NCBI GenBank assembly: GCA_965249715.1
Contig: CBDFMP010000043.1
Coordinates: 2,771-66,770, forward strand
Direction of reading: 5' to 3'
Source: Spirochaetota bacterium
Lineage (GTDB): Bacteria; Spirochaetota; UBA12135; COTS27
Length of the DNA stretch: 64,000 nucleotides
In this document: positions 1-9,925 of the stretch, in pieces
Layout: each line of letters starts with the position of its first letter
Position numbering within the stretch: the first letter of the stretch is position 1
Program-made: the position numbers and the translations under genes
Notes under the pieces: generated by a model
What the model was told of the DNA's origin: nothing
The model's input: the letters and a program-made list of their open reading frames with translations, nothing else
Databases searched by the model: none

Positions 1-556
1 GCTTAAATTCAATAATATTAGACCACACTTCCTTTAAGTTCGTAAGCATCCGCGTAATCACATTTTCCATAACAGACAGTTCTATATCTGTTAATTCACG
101 CGGACGTTTAAGTGTATCATCCCCCTGTCCGCCTAAGAGGCGCTCCAAAATAGCAAAAGTAATAATGGGCGGGATCTCCATAATCGATGATCCCTTAAGC
201 GGATACATATCAATCACCACCAGCAAAGTGGGGTTCATCACCGTCTTAGTGAATTGTTCAAATGAAATTTGATCAACAGAAGCCACGTTCACCACCACCA
301 ACTTACGCAGATATGCAGAAAGTACTGTGGAAATATTACGACTGTAATTATCATAGATCATCTGAATGGTGCGCAGTTGATCCTTGGAGAATTTATCAGG
401 GCTCTTGAAGTCATAAATTTTAACATTCTGACTCTTCTGCTCCGGTAAAATAGTGCTGTCTGCAGTTTCTTCCAGCAGAGTATCCAGTGAATCATCACTG
501 ATATTCAAAGCACCTAATAAGCTATCAATATCTTTTTTTGAAACAAGTTCCGTCAT
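1..556 (-). CDS. fliM: Flagellar motor switch protein FliM, N-terminal part (runs off the window start)
   Basis: Absent from the ORF track because it is truncated by the window edge. My translation from ATG at 556 reads MTELVSKKDIDSLLGALN...KIYDFKSPDKFSKDQLRTIQMIYDNYSRNIS.... This has the N-terminal CheY-binding-type peptide and the YDFxxPDKFSKDQLRT block typical of FliM. It lies directly downstream of fliL. Confidence 0.85.
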   Translation of the reverse strand, partial: MTELVSKKDIDSLLGALNISDDSLDTLLEETADSTILPEQKSQNVKIYDFKSPDKFSKDQLRTIQMIYDNYSRNISTVLSAYLRKLVVVNVASVDQISFEQFTKTVMNPTLLVVIDMYPLKGSSIMEIPPIITFAILERLLGGQGDDTLKRPRELTDIELSVMENVITRMLTNLKEVWSNIIEFK

Positions 557-630
557 TTCAGGTTACCTCAGAATTCCCCAGCTCAGCACCCGCGTGCAGC
601 TTGTTCATCCCGCGCTTAGTTATATTATAA

Positions 631-1194
631 TCAATGGACCGAAAACTCTTTCAAAAAAACATCGATAATCCCGGGTTTTCCAATAATGCGTTGAATACGT
701 GTTTTTAGCTCCTGTGCCAAAATTTTCTGCTGCTCAACGCGCTTAATGCTCAAATAACTCTTTGAGCCAATAATCTCACGCACCTCCGCATGGACCTCGC
801 CACTGCGCTGCTCCAATTCCGAGATCAGCACTGGGTTGGCCGCTTCACAGGAAATCACAATAATTGCCTTGACAAAATGATTATCCAACTCATCAGCGGT
901 ATTAATGATCATTTCTTCCATGGACCATTCTACGCCAAGTGGACGCGTGATAATATTACCGGCTGCATTAGTATCGCCTAATTGTCCGGACTGCTGACCG
1001 ATGGTCGTCACACTGCTGTTGCGCTGGTTCACCAAATAAGCAATAAAAAACGCAACGATAGCAAATATAACAAGCCGCAAGACCTCAGAAATGGCCCGCT
1101 CTAAAAATGCAGCTGAGAAAATACGTCTCAGCAGGGATGGTTTATATTCATCCTCTTCCGTGCCCTCTTCTTCGTCATCCAGTTCTTCTGCCAT
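631..1194 (-). CDS. fliL: Flagellar basal-body-associated protein FliL
   Basis: 187 aa with an acidic N-terminus, one TM helix (VLRLVIFAIVAFFIAYLV) and a periplasmic domain ending ...IIDVFLKEFSVH. Its position between motB and fliM supports the call. Confidence 0.75.
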   Translation of the reverse strand: MAEELDDEEEGTEEDEYKPSLLRRIFSAAFLERAISEVLRLVIFAIVAFFIAYLVNQRNSSVTTIGQQSGQLGDTNAAGNIITRPLGVEWSMEEMIINTADELDNHFVKAIIVISCEAANPVLISELEQRSGEVHAEVREIIGSKSYLSIKRVEQQKILAQELKTRIQRIIGKPGIIDVFLKEFSVH

Positions 1195-1297
1195 ACTAAT
1201 TTCTCTTTATAAAGCTTAATATAAAAGCGGTTAAGACACTATAAGTACGGAACGGCAAGCTCGCAGAGCGCCACTCCAGTATTATTGGACTCAGTTC

Positions 1298-2035
1298 TCA
1301 ATCACGCCTCAAAATGATATCCACACGTCTATTATACGCGCGTCCTTGCGGTGTTGCATTATCTTCAATTGGGCGATGCGGGCCATATCCGTGAACCGAA
1401 ATTCGTGTCTCATTGAGCGGATAAAGTGCATCAACTGTACGAATAGCGTTCATGACTTCCCAGGCACGCGCCGTTGATAATTCAAACAAATCGCGATAAG
1501 CAATCCCCACATACGGTACATTATCCGTATGCCCCTCCATTAAAATATCGCCTGTATATTCCTCGCTGTCCAGTAATAATCTTACATTTTCTAAAACATC
1601 TCTAATCGGCTCTACTGCCAACGCAGCCTCACCGGGGCGAAAAAACACATCCGTAAACAATGATATGACCAAGCCGCGTTCTGTTTCCGTGAGGCGCACA
1701 TATTTTGAGCGTACGTATGGATTTAAAATGGCAGCTGCACGATTGGTGGAAACCTCCAAGCGCGCCTCATCGCGTTTAGACGGCAGTGATTCTATCGATT
1801 GACCAAGTGTTTCAAATTCTTCACTGGATTGCAAAGTCTGTCCGCCAGCTTGCAACCCCAACTGACCACTAAAAGCCGATAAAATAATTTGCGTCCGCAC
1901 CTTCTTAACCTCGCCAAATGACAACAAAATGATGAAAAAAACCATCAGGAGCGTCACCATATCAGAATATGTGGTCATCCACTCCTGTGCCACACGAATG
2001 GGCTTACGCTTAGCTCTCTGAGATTTTATCCTCAT
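1298..2035 (-). CDS. motB: Flagellar stator protein MotB (OmpA-like peptidoglycan-binding C-terminus)
   Basis: 245 aa with an N-terminal TM helix (TLLMVFFIILLSF) and a C-terminal OmpA-family block (GHTDNVP...AYNRRVDIILR). It immediately follows motA. Confidence 0.9.
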   Translation of the reverse strand: MRIKSQRAKRKPIRVAQEWMTTYSDMVTLLMVFFIILLSFGEVKKVRTQIILSAFSGQLGLQAGGQTLQSSEEFETLGQSIESLPSKRDEARLEVSTNRAAAILNPYVRSKYVRLTETERGLVISLFTDVFFRPGEAALAVEPIRDVLENVRLLLDSEEYTGDILMEGHTDNVPYVGIAYRDLFELSTARAWEVMNAIRTVDALYPLNETRISVHGYGPHRPIEDNATPQGRAYNRRVDIILRRD

Positions 2036-2070
2036 GCTAAGTGGCGCTTAAGCGGTGAAACGAACATATA

Positions 2071-2862
2071 CTAAATTCCACCTGCCGACTTTTGCATCTC
2101 GCTTTTTAACTTCGGCGGAAAGTACGACGCCAGCTTCTGCTGCATCATTTTGGGATTATCGCCAAACTGCAAGGAGAGTGTTCCTTCCAATATAATTTCT
2201 TTGTAAAAAACTTCTTCGATTGTCCGTTTTTCCAGTTTATTCGCCACAGGCAGCCATACTCCGTAAGCCAAATAAGCACCATACAGCGTCGTCAATAACG
2301 CAGCAGACATCCCCCTGCCAATCAGCTCAATATTTCCACTTCCAAGCGAAACTAACATTAAAATCAATCCAATCAAGGTCCCGATCAAACCAAAAGTAGG
2401 CGAAAGTGTTGCCAGATCGCTAAACATCTTACGCCCCGTTTCATGACGAATTTCCATAGAATTAATATCACCGCTCAATACCTGCCGCACCATCTCCGGC
2501 TCCGCGCCATCGATGACAAGCTGCAATCCCGTTTGTAAAAACCGATCACCGGACATTTGCTCCAGATCTTCTTCCAATGCCAAAAGTCCCTCGCGCCGTG
2601 CTTTTTCAGAAAAACTCACCATTGTTGCGACAATTTGAAAATAATTAACATTATCGCGTCTAAAAGCAAGACTGAGTACCATAAAAAACGAACGCAGAGT
2701 CTTAGAGTGCTGCATGGTGATCATCGCTCCCATTGACCCTCCTACAGTAATAAAGATTGAAGTGAGGCTAATGTAATTTTCAAGCCCAGCACCTGTTATC
2801 AAGATCCCCGCCGTAACCGTGACAAAACTGCCAACTAAGCCTATAATTGTCATCCAATCCAT
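2071..2862 (-). CDS. motA: Flagellar stator protein MotA (MotA/TolQ/ExbB proton channel family)
   Basis: 263 aa multi-TM protein. The conserved C-terminal channel region is SPTFGLIGTLIGLI...ALLTTLYGAYLAY. It is paired with motB. Confidence 0.9.
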   Translation of the reverse strand: MDWMTIIGLVGSFVTVTAGILITGAGLENYISLTSIFITVGGSMGAMITMQHSKTLRSFFMVLSLAFRRDNVNYFQIVATMVSFSEKARREGLLALEEDLEQMSGDRFLQTGLQLVIDGAEPEMVRQVLSGDINSMEIRHETGRKMFSDLATLSPTFGLIGTLIGLILMLVSLGSGNIELIGRGMSAALLTTLYGAYLAYGVWLPVANKLEKRTIEEVFYKEIILEGTLSLQFGDNPKMMQQKLASYFPPKLKSEMQKSAGGI

Positions 2863-2949
2863 GCTAAGTTTCCTTTCCAGTAGCGAGTTAATGTAATATT
2901 TTTCGCTTAGCTATTAAATTCATTCATAAAATACCAAGCTCTCTCCTTA

Positions 2950-2975
2950 TAATCGGTATAAAAAGAAAGTTTTAA
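2950..2975 (-). promoter_or_regulatory. Candidate sigma-28-like promoter upstream of motA (weak)
   Basis: The minus strand reads TAAA-N13-aCCGATTAT about 85 nt upstream of the motA ATG. It resembles TAAA-N15-GCCGATAA, but the spacer is 2 nt short. Confidence 0.25.
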
Positions 2976-3035
2976 AATGGAATCGCTCAAATAACAATGT
3001 TTGTCGCAAAAACAAACTTATTTTATTGAATAAAC

Positions 3036-3908
3036 CTAAATGTGTGGCTTTTCTGCCATTAAACAGAGGACATCACCAAGGTTGCGCCACTTATAATAAG
3101 CATTATATGTTTTCTGCAACAAATTACGCGGATGCGGATAACCGCCATACGTAAAAATTCGTCTCACTTCAAACCCCGCCGCTTCAACGGCAGCCGCCAG
3201 CGTACGCACCCCAGGCAGCCAGCGATGCGCGCGAATATTGCAACGCCATGCCTTAAAATGCTGCTGCGGATACGCTCCTTCCACATTGGGACAGCTAATG
3301 ATCAATTTTCCGCCCGCGCCTAACCCGTTATAACTTAATTGCAACAGCAAAAGTGGATTTTCAAGATGTTCAATCACATGATATGAATAAATATGTGTCA
3401 GGGATCCCGCACGCACACGCAATTTCTCCAGCGTCGTATTCCATATCGGAACTCGCTTACCACGCAGCATACGAGGTTTAGGTGTTGTAATAGGAAATGT
3501 CTTAGCCGTAAATTCGCTTGGCAGCGCAGCAAGACTTTCACGCGCTATTTTCGCCTCAGTCGGTATAGGTTCTACACCCAAATAAAGCCCCTTGCCCCGC
3601 TTATACAGCTCCGTCAATACATATCCGCGCCCACAGCCTATTTCCAGACATGCAGCAGAACGTTGCAATAAATTATCCCATTCATGCAACTCTTTAAAAT
3701 TACGTTTAATAATCCCTAAGTTGGCAGCATCATCCATCATCGCTGCCCGTGGTGCATTTAACTCCACTAAGGCTTCACGATTAAATGGCAGCTGTGCCTG
3801 CATAAACAAAAGTTCTTGTGAAACAGAACTTTTAATGCTTTGTTTTTCACCGCTTGCCCGCTTGCGCTCAGCAGCAGTATCCGATGATCGAGTTGTTTTA
3901 GCCATCAC
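3036..3908 (-). CDS. Class I SAM-dependent methyltransferase
   Basis: 290 aa with SAM-binding motif I LEIGCGRGYV and a downstream GGKLIISCPN block. Confidence 0.7.
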   Translation of the reverse strand: MMAKTTRSSDTAAERKRASGEKQSIKSSVSQELLFMQAQLPFNREALVELNAPRAAMMDDAANLGIIKRNFKELHEWDNLLQRSAACLEIGCGRGYVLTELYKRGKGLYLGVEPIPTEAKIARESLAALPSEFTAKTFPITTPKPRMLRGKRVPIWNTTLEKLRVRAGSLTHIYSYHVIEHLENPLLLLQLSYNGLGAGGKLIISCPNVEGAYPQQHFKAWRCNIRAHRWLPGVRTLAAAVEAAGFEVRRIFTYGGYPHPRNLLQKTYNAYYKWRNLGDVLCLMAEKPHI

Positions 3909-4051
3909 TCAGAACGCCCTCAGCGTTCACCAGCACTCCCAAGGCACTAAACCCCACCTCAGGTAAATGCAACCTTAATATAAAGTAATGATTATATCAT
4001 TAAAGCAGGTCATCAAACAAAGCTTAGCACACAAGCTCAGCACACACTCAA

Positions 4052-5059
4052 TTGACAATGTTAAACGAACTCCCACTGGAAACAGCACTAACACGCACGT
4101 TTGGTACTGAGCATGCCAAAATTCAAAACAGCCAACCACTAAGTGGCGGCTGTATTCATGCCATTAAAAAACTAACATTGCTGAGCTCTAGCGGACAAAA
4201 AACCAATGTTGTTTTAAAAACAAATTCCAAACCTGAGTTCAAGGTCGCATTGCTGGCTGAAAGCAAGGGGCTTTTGGCATTGCGCGCGGTGCTGCAAGTA
4301 CAGAATATTCGCGGATTGCGTGTGCCCAAACCTTACGCTGTTTCGCAGCAAGACGGGTATTTATTATTGGAATACCTGCCGCCTGCTCGCTCGCAAACTC
4401 CTGCCGCCACCCGGCAAATAGAAATTAACTTAGGACGCGCACTGGCAGAGCTGCATCATTTTACCGATTGGAAAACTCTCAGCAGCACAGAAATCCCCGA
4501 ATTGCCAACAAAAATCCGCCATGCACTGAGCACATTGCAAAAAAATCATTTCGGCTGGTATGAAAACAACTTCCCGGGCACACCACACAAACAAAACTAC
4601 CCGCCATCGCAAAGCTGGCTTACATTTTTCGCGACTAAACGCATTCTCCCATTACTCCAGCTCACCTACAAAAAGGGATTGCTGCCATTAGCCCTGCGCC
4701 GCCAAGGCGACACACTCTTAGAAAAATTGCCGCAGTACCTCAGCGAACCCCGCCATGCCTCGCTGGTACATGGCGACCTATGGTCAGGCAATGTTATGCA
4801 CTTAACGGACGGAAACGCTGCACTTATCGATCCTGCTGTGTACATGGCACATCGTGAGGTGGACATCGCACTCAGTGAGCTGTTTGGCAGACGCCCGCCT
4901 GAGTTTTACAATGCATACAATGAAAGCTTCCCGCTAAGCGCCAATTACAATGAACGCGCGCCGCTTTACAATCTTTACCACTTGCTTAATCATCTCAAGC
5001 TCTTTGGCAGCAGTTATCTCCCAGCCGTCGCCGCCACCATCAGACAATACGCGCGTTAA
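4052..5059 (+). CDS. Fructosamine/ketosamine-3-kinase family protein (aminoglycoside phosphotransferase fold)
   Basis: 335 aa with the catalytic-loop motif LVHGDLWSGNVM and IDPAVYMAHREVDIA, characteristic of the fructosamine kinase family. The true start may be the ATG at 4058. Confidence 0.8.
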   Translation: MTMLNELPLETALTRTFGTEHAKIQNSQPLSGGCIHAIKKLTLLSSSGQKTNVVLKTNSKPEFKVALLAESKGLLALRAVLQVQNIRGLRVPKPYAVSQQDGYLLLEYLPPARSQTPAATRQIEINLGRALAELHHFTDWKTLSSTEIPELPTKIRHALSTLQKNHFGWYENNFPGTPHKQNYPPSQSWLTFFATKRILPLLQLTYKKGLLPLALRRQGDTLLEKLPQYLSEPRHASLVHGDLWSGNVMHLTDGNAALIDPAVYMAHREVDIALSELFGRRPPEFYNAYNESFPLSANYNERAPLYNLYHLLNHLKLFGSSYLPAVAATIRQYAR

Positions 5060-5300
5060 GCGGATTGTTTTCTGGCACCACTTTCATGCTGGATTTCAGC
5101 TTTCGTGATAATCATATTTTTACGCGCCTTTAAGTATTTACCAGCACATTGTAGCCGCCAATGGTGAAGCCCCATCGCCGTCCACAGTTTCAGCACTTCA
5201 CGTCCCATACGGAGTTTAGGCACACCAATCAATCGTGCCTATATGGCTGCCATGAGTACCCTTTATCTTGTCACCCTTGCCTATTAGCCTTATTTTTATT

Positions 5301-5465
5301 TTAGCATTTTCCAGGTTTGCACCATCCAGCTCAGCACCTTGCAGGTCAGCATTTTGCAGCTGAGCCTTTTGCAGATTAGCCATTTGCAGCTGAGCACCTT
5401 GCAGCTGAGCACCTTGCAAGTCTAACTCTCTTAGATTAAGCTCTTGCAGATTAGCTTCCTTCAGT
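5301..5465. repeat. 15-bp in-frame tandem array (about 11 units) inside the pentapeptide pseudogene
   Basis: Consecutive 15-nt units of the type tcagcaccttgcagg / tgagcaccttgcagc, read directly from the sequence. Confidence 0.85.
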
Positions 5466-5565
5466 CTGGCAGTTTTTATATTTTTTGCTAACTTAAAATT
5501 GGTGATATTTTTTAAGTAAGCTGCTGTAAGATCAGCGTCTTGCAGGTCGGTATCCTTATCAAACT

Positions 5566-5715
5566 CAGCACCATGCAGCTGAGCCTTTTGCAGCTGAGCA
5601 CCTTGCAGCTGAGCACCTTGTAGGTCAGCACCTTGTAGGTCAGCACCTTGCAGGTCAGCACCTTGCAGGTCAGCCCTTTGCAGGTTAGCACCTCGCAGAT
5701 TAGTATCTCGCAGAT
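5566..5715. repeat. 15-bp in-frame tandem array, 10 units, several identical
   Basis: Units run 5566-5580, 5581-5595 ... 5701-5715. Examples are gagcaccttgcagct, cagcaccttgtaggt x2 and cagcaccttgcaggt x2. Confidence 0.9.
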
Positions 5716-6949
5716 CTCCCTTTTAGATCAAGCTTTTGCAGCTTAGCTCCCTCCAGTGTGGCAGTTTTTATATTTTTTGCTAACTTAAAATTGATGGTCC
5801 CTGTAAGTCAGCTTCTGTAAGATTCAGCGCCTTGCAGGTCGGTCTGCTTATCAAACTGAGCGCCTTGCAACACTTCGCAGCACCTAACCCTTAGGTCAAG
5901 CCCTTGCAGCTGAGCTCTCTCCAGTGTGGCAGTTTTTATATTTTTTGCTAACTTAAACCCGATAGCCTTTTGTAAATCAGCACTTGTAAGGTCAGCGCCT
6001 TGCAAGTCGGTATCCTTATCAAACTCAGCACCTTGCAGGTTAGCATCTTTTAAAATAACACCTTGCAGCTTAGCTTTTTTTAATGACGCTCCCTCAAGGT
6101 TAGCTCCTGTTAAGTCAAAGCCAGTATTGCTTAAATCAACTTCAGCTAAGTTAAAATTTCTAAGGTTAGCAACATCATTATTTTAGTAATTAGATCACCC
6201 CCGTTAAATATCGTTTTTATTTCTTCCTTATACATACCTTGTCTCTGTAATCGTACAAGTTGAGTAAAAGCAACTGTCCTTTCCTTAAAGTTTTCTTTAT
6301 TAAAAAACGATTTCTTAGCATCAGAGAAAAGTCCCAAATTAATCTGCTCCTGTGTCTTTTGTAATCTGTTCCCGCGTGTCAAGCGTCCTAAAAATCAATC
6401 TGCCCATCCAACACCGGCAATGCTATGAGCACCCCGATTCAATCGCTTGAACCACCACAGCCCCAAAATCTTTACCAGTGCTTAGCCCACAAGTAGCAGC
6501 CCTAAAATAATTGCTATCGCACATTTGTATTATCATGCTATCGGGAAACACCCGCAAATACACTTGTAAGAATCAGCTGCATACCCCCAATCCTATCCCG
6601 AATAACCTCAACAACCTTAAACGCCACCTTTTCGAAATCCACTCTTTTGCTTTGCGTCAACCCCTTCTACTGCCATATTTACTGCCTTTAGTTGTTGCAT
6701 ATCATCATCTCTCCTAAATATAACGCGTCAAGCTTTTCCATCTGTTTGACGGTGTACGCTAAAACCCTAATGGTATTTGTCACATGCTGGATTTCAGTTT
6801 TCGTGATAACCCTATTTTTGCGCGCGAGGATCCTTGGATAATCAATCTTTAATAACTCAAGGTATGTCATCCGACTAGCTTGAGATCTGTCAAGAGACCA
6901 ATTCTTACTCATTTTTTAAGGCAACTATATACATTAGCGGACTTAATTC

Positions 6950-7593
6950 ATCGCCCCATTCGCTATCTATTTGTTCGTGAATGTCGTTAGATGAATTTGT
7001 AATTTGCTCTTTCAACTACTGAGATGTTTCTCTCTTTAGTTTTAATATTATTTACTATTTTCTCTTGTTTATCCATACTTGGCAAAGGTATTTTCATAGT
7101 AGCAAATATATCAAATTTTATGGAAGGTCTAGGAGCGTTTGAATCCTTTTTTTTGCTCTTTGCTTAAAATTCTTTAAATTGTTAGTATCCTGTATAAATA
7201 CTACGTTAGTAATACTTGGTTTTTATCTACTGAAAATACGGGGTATACTGGAGAACATAATATTGGGCGGTTACCTCTGTTATAGTCTATCGTTCCTATG
7301 GCCAATCCCTGTGTAACTCGGTATGCAAATTGTCCAGGATAAACAATTTTGTACTTCTCAGGATTTTTTGAAGTGGTCTGTTTTGATTCCTGTCTGTAAT
7401 AATCAGACTTAGCCATAAAACCCCCTTTATTTGATAGGGTTTTCAATTTATATTTATGATGGTCAGCGCCCACTTTATTATTTTCTTCAAAACATATTTC
7501 TCCTAACGATATTTCATTTTTTATTTTTTGGCTTATGCTTCTAGGGATTAAGTTAAAGTGTTCGTTTTTTATATTTTCAATTAACACTTTCAC
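6950..7593 (-). pseudogene. hsdS: Type I restriction-modification specificity subunit (HsdS) remnant
   Basis: ORF 7201..7593 has TRD-like features (GQFAYRVTQG...LCSPVYPVFSV). Downstream, in another frame, is the conserved HsdS spacer motif KIPLPSMDKQEKIVNNI (about 7060-7110). Confidence 0.55.
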
Positions 7594-7619
7594 GGAATAG
7601 GGTTAAAGGGGGTGTCGCT

Positions 7620-8700
7620 TCCTATAAACAATAAATTTCGCGCAACCCCCAAGTTTTTGCCTCTCTTTAATTTTCGTTCTATTAGACAGTAAAAGAATAG
7701 CCGTCCTCTTCTAAGTTTTCAAAATACCAATAATGCTTTTGGCTTGATTTTTGTTTTTTGTCTACTAAGTGGATAATACTAGTTTTTATCAAGTATCGCT
7801 ATAGAGAGCTTAAATACGCCCGCTGACTTAATGATACAATAGATATTAATAGTTACGTTTTTCATAATGTATTCCCTAGTTACGGTATGTCTTTCTAACT
7901 CCTTGTATGATGATCAGAAAACAATAATTTGATCTACCGCCCTCTTTAAGAGATTTTTTACAGTGCTGAATACGTGTAAATACTATCTCCGCTTTTCTTG
8001 TCAGGAACATGATAGCTTATCGCCATGTGTTGTGCTTTGGCTAAACGGCATATTTGTTATTAACATTACTTTTGATTAACAGGCTCAGATAAACTGTCTT
8101 TATGATTGCAAAATGTTGTTATGCCCATCTCCCATTATAAATCATATTCATGTTTTTTAATTCTAGCATTCTTAGTTTTTTCATTTCCATAGACAGTTTG
8201 CTTTTAGGTAAAAGACTAATGTTTTTCTTACTATGTTGCATGCTTATAAGTTTAGGATGTGCCTAAACGCCTCGATTAACATCCCTCCAGTGCCACAAAA
8301 AGGGTCGTATATTTTTTCGTTTAGTTTTGGGTTTATGAGTGTGACGCACGCTTTTACAATGTGTCGAGTGAAGTATTCCCTTATAAGTCAGAATTGTGCT
8401 TAGTTTTAAGTAGGAAATATTTGCTAAGAAATATTCAAAATGAGCTGTCTCCCTTAATGATCCTGCTTTAGTATCTGTAAGACTTAAGTTTATCAAGCTT
8501 TCTAATAAATTTTTTCCAATGTAGCTGGATTTTCAATTTGTAAAGTTTGAAATCGGGATTAGCAATGCTCTTATTAATCTCTAAATTCTTTCACGGATAA
8601 TGGCTGTATCATTTACACAACTCAAAACGTCTCACCCTGCATCTGCGTATATAAATGATCCCTATCCATCTCTTGTGAATTTGGGTCTTGCCCCTTCTTT
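7620..8700 (-). pseudogene. hsdM: Type I restriction-modification N6-adenine methyltransferase (HsdM) remnant with multiple frameshifts and stops
   Basis: My minus-strand translation gives GEYFTRHIVKACVTLINPKLNEKIYDPFCGTGGMLIEAF. Motif I DPFCGTGGML lies at 8277-8306. It is preceded by an AHFEYFL(A) block and followed by fragments of the C-terminal region, all in different frames. Confidence 0.7.
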
Positions 8701-9925
8701 GTACCATATAAGTTTTCACTAATAATTTAAATATAAGGAGTATATTTGATCATTCGCTAAACCTATCCATTTTTAACCCTTTGCTAATGCCTTCCATTTC
8801 AAAGTAGTTTATTTGCGTTTTCAAAAATACTTATTAATTCTTGCCTAGACTGTATTACCCGTTTTTCTAAAGTGCTAATCTCATTATTGGTAATAAAATT
8901 AATAGCATCTAGTTCGTTAATAAATTCATCAATCTCTTCCCCGTTTTTAAACAGAGGCTTCTCTTTATACAAGTGGTGGGTTTTGATATACACTCCGTCA
9001 GTTGCGCACAAATAGGGGCGTTTAATTTCTTTGCATATTGTTTAGTTTCTGATTAATGGCTTTTTTTATATCTTCATGGGGTTTTTTTGTCTTCAATTAA
9101 GATGTCAAGAGGTTTGCCACAAGTTAGATTAATAAACAAGAGACTTGGGGATATGAGTCTTTTATCTCTTGTGAAGTTCAACCTCTTATTCAGTGTGGCT
9201 AAGAATATAGAATTTGAACATTGCGCAAAGCTATCTGCAAATTCGTTTTGCTTAGTTTCTTTTCCCTTTTAAAAATGGTCATAAATGCATGCAAGCGCGT
9301 TTTTTCCTTTTTATCTTTTTCATCTTCATCAAGAGTTCTATGAGGTACATAACGCTAGCAGGCTGGAAATGCTGCCATGTTCTTCGGGCGTTAAGCTGAC
9401 AGGTGCGGATTTTTTTAGTAAAAAATTGAGTCAGGTTCTTTACACAATTGCATTGTCTACAGTTCAGTTTAAATTTATGAAAGTACATTAGCCTTTTGTG
9501 TTTGGTTAAAACTTTTTCGTGACGCTTCTTTAATTTCTTTTAGATCCAGATCCATTCTAAATAATTTGTCAATCATAGATGTATCAGAAAGTTGGTAATA
9601 TTTTTCAAGCTGGTTTGATTATTTTCTCGGGTTCTCTAGCCAATAACAGTATGTTTTTGCCTGATTAATGGTGAAGTCTGGAGCTACCGTAACCCTTTTT
9701 ATCTCTACGTCCTTCATGAATGATATTTAGACTCCGTTAACCCTCGTTTCTGATCTTATTCATTGAGTAAATTCTCAATGAAGTTCTATCATGAAAGTTT
9801 TCATGTTTTTTCAGCTATGTAGAAAGTGGCTATTAGAAAGATTTTAATGTAAGTTTTAAACTTAGTCCATGCAAGTATATGTACCCTGCCTGTTTTAATG
9901 TGGATGGCGCGAGAAGTCTGCTCGC

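Larger units (their letters stand above)
5216..6382 (-). pseudogene. Pentapeptide-repeat protein gene broken into at least four frames
   Basis: A(D/N)LxG-type 5-aa repeats occur in ORFs 5216..5419 and 5808..6005. They also occur in unlisted open frames at about 5216-5722 (about 168 codons with no start) and 6006-6180. The N-terminal ORF 6146..6382 joins the repeat frame only after a 1-nt shift at T4 run 6181-6184. Further breaks lie near 5723-5725 (stop) and 5808. A 50-codon tail at 5056-5215 is in yet another frame. Confidence 0.7.
6383..9925. other. AT-rich degraded accessory island with no intact gene-sized ORF
   Basis: 3.5 kb containing only ORFs of 130 aa or less, and visibly lower GC than the flanks. 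It contains type I R-M remnants and unassignable fragments. Confidence 0.7.

Noticed and set aside
3132-3966. Antisense shadow ORFs opposite long genes (3132..3966 +, 13210..14334 +, 35576..36723, 48046..48801 +, 57226..58219 +, 22326..23771 - and similar)
   Set aside because: Each lies wholly within, and antisense to or out of frame with, a well-supported conserved gene. Their composition is low-complexity Arg/Ser/Cys-rich, typical of non-coding frames.
5070-6840. Shared segment of about 45 bp (catgctggatttcag.tttcgtgataa.c.tatttt.(a/g)cgcgc) at 5087-5131 and 6783-6827, encoding ARKNxxITKxEIQH on the minus strand
   Set aside because: It is real similarity between two fragments at either end of the pentapeptide pseudogene. 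I cannot assign it to a family or show that it marks element boundaries, so it is recorded only as paralogous debris.
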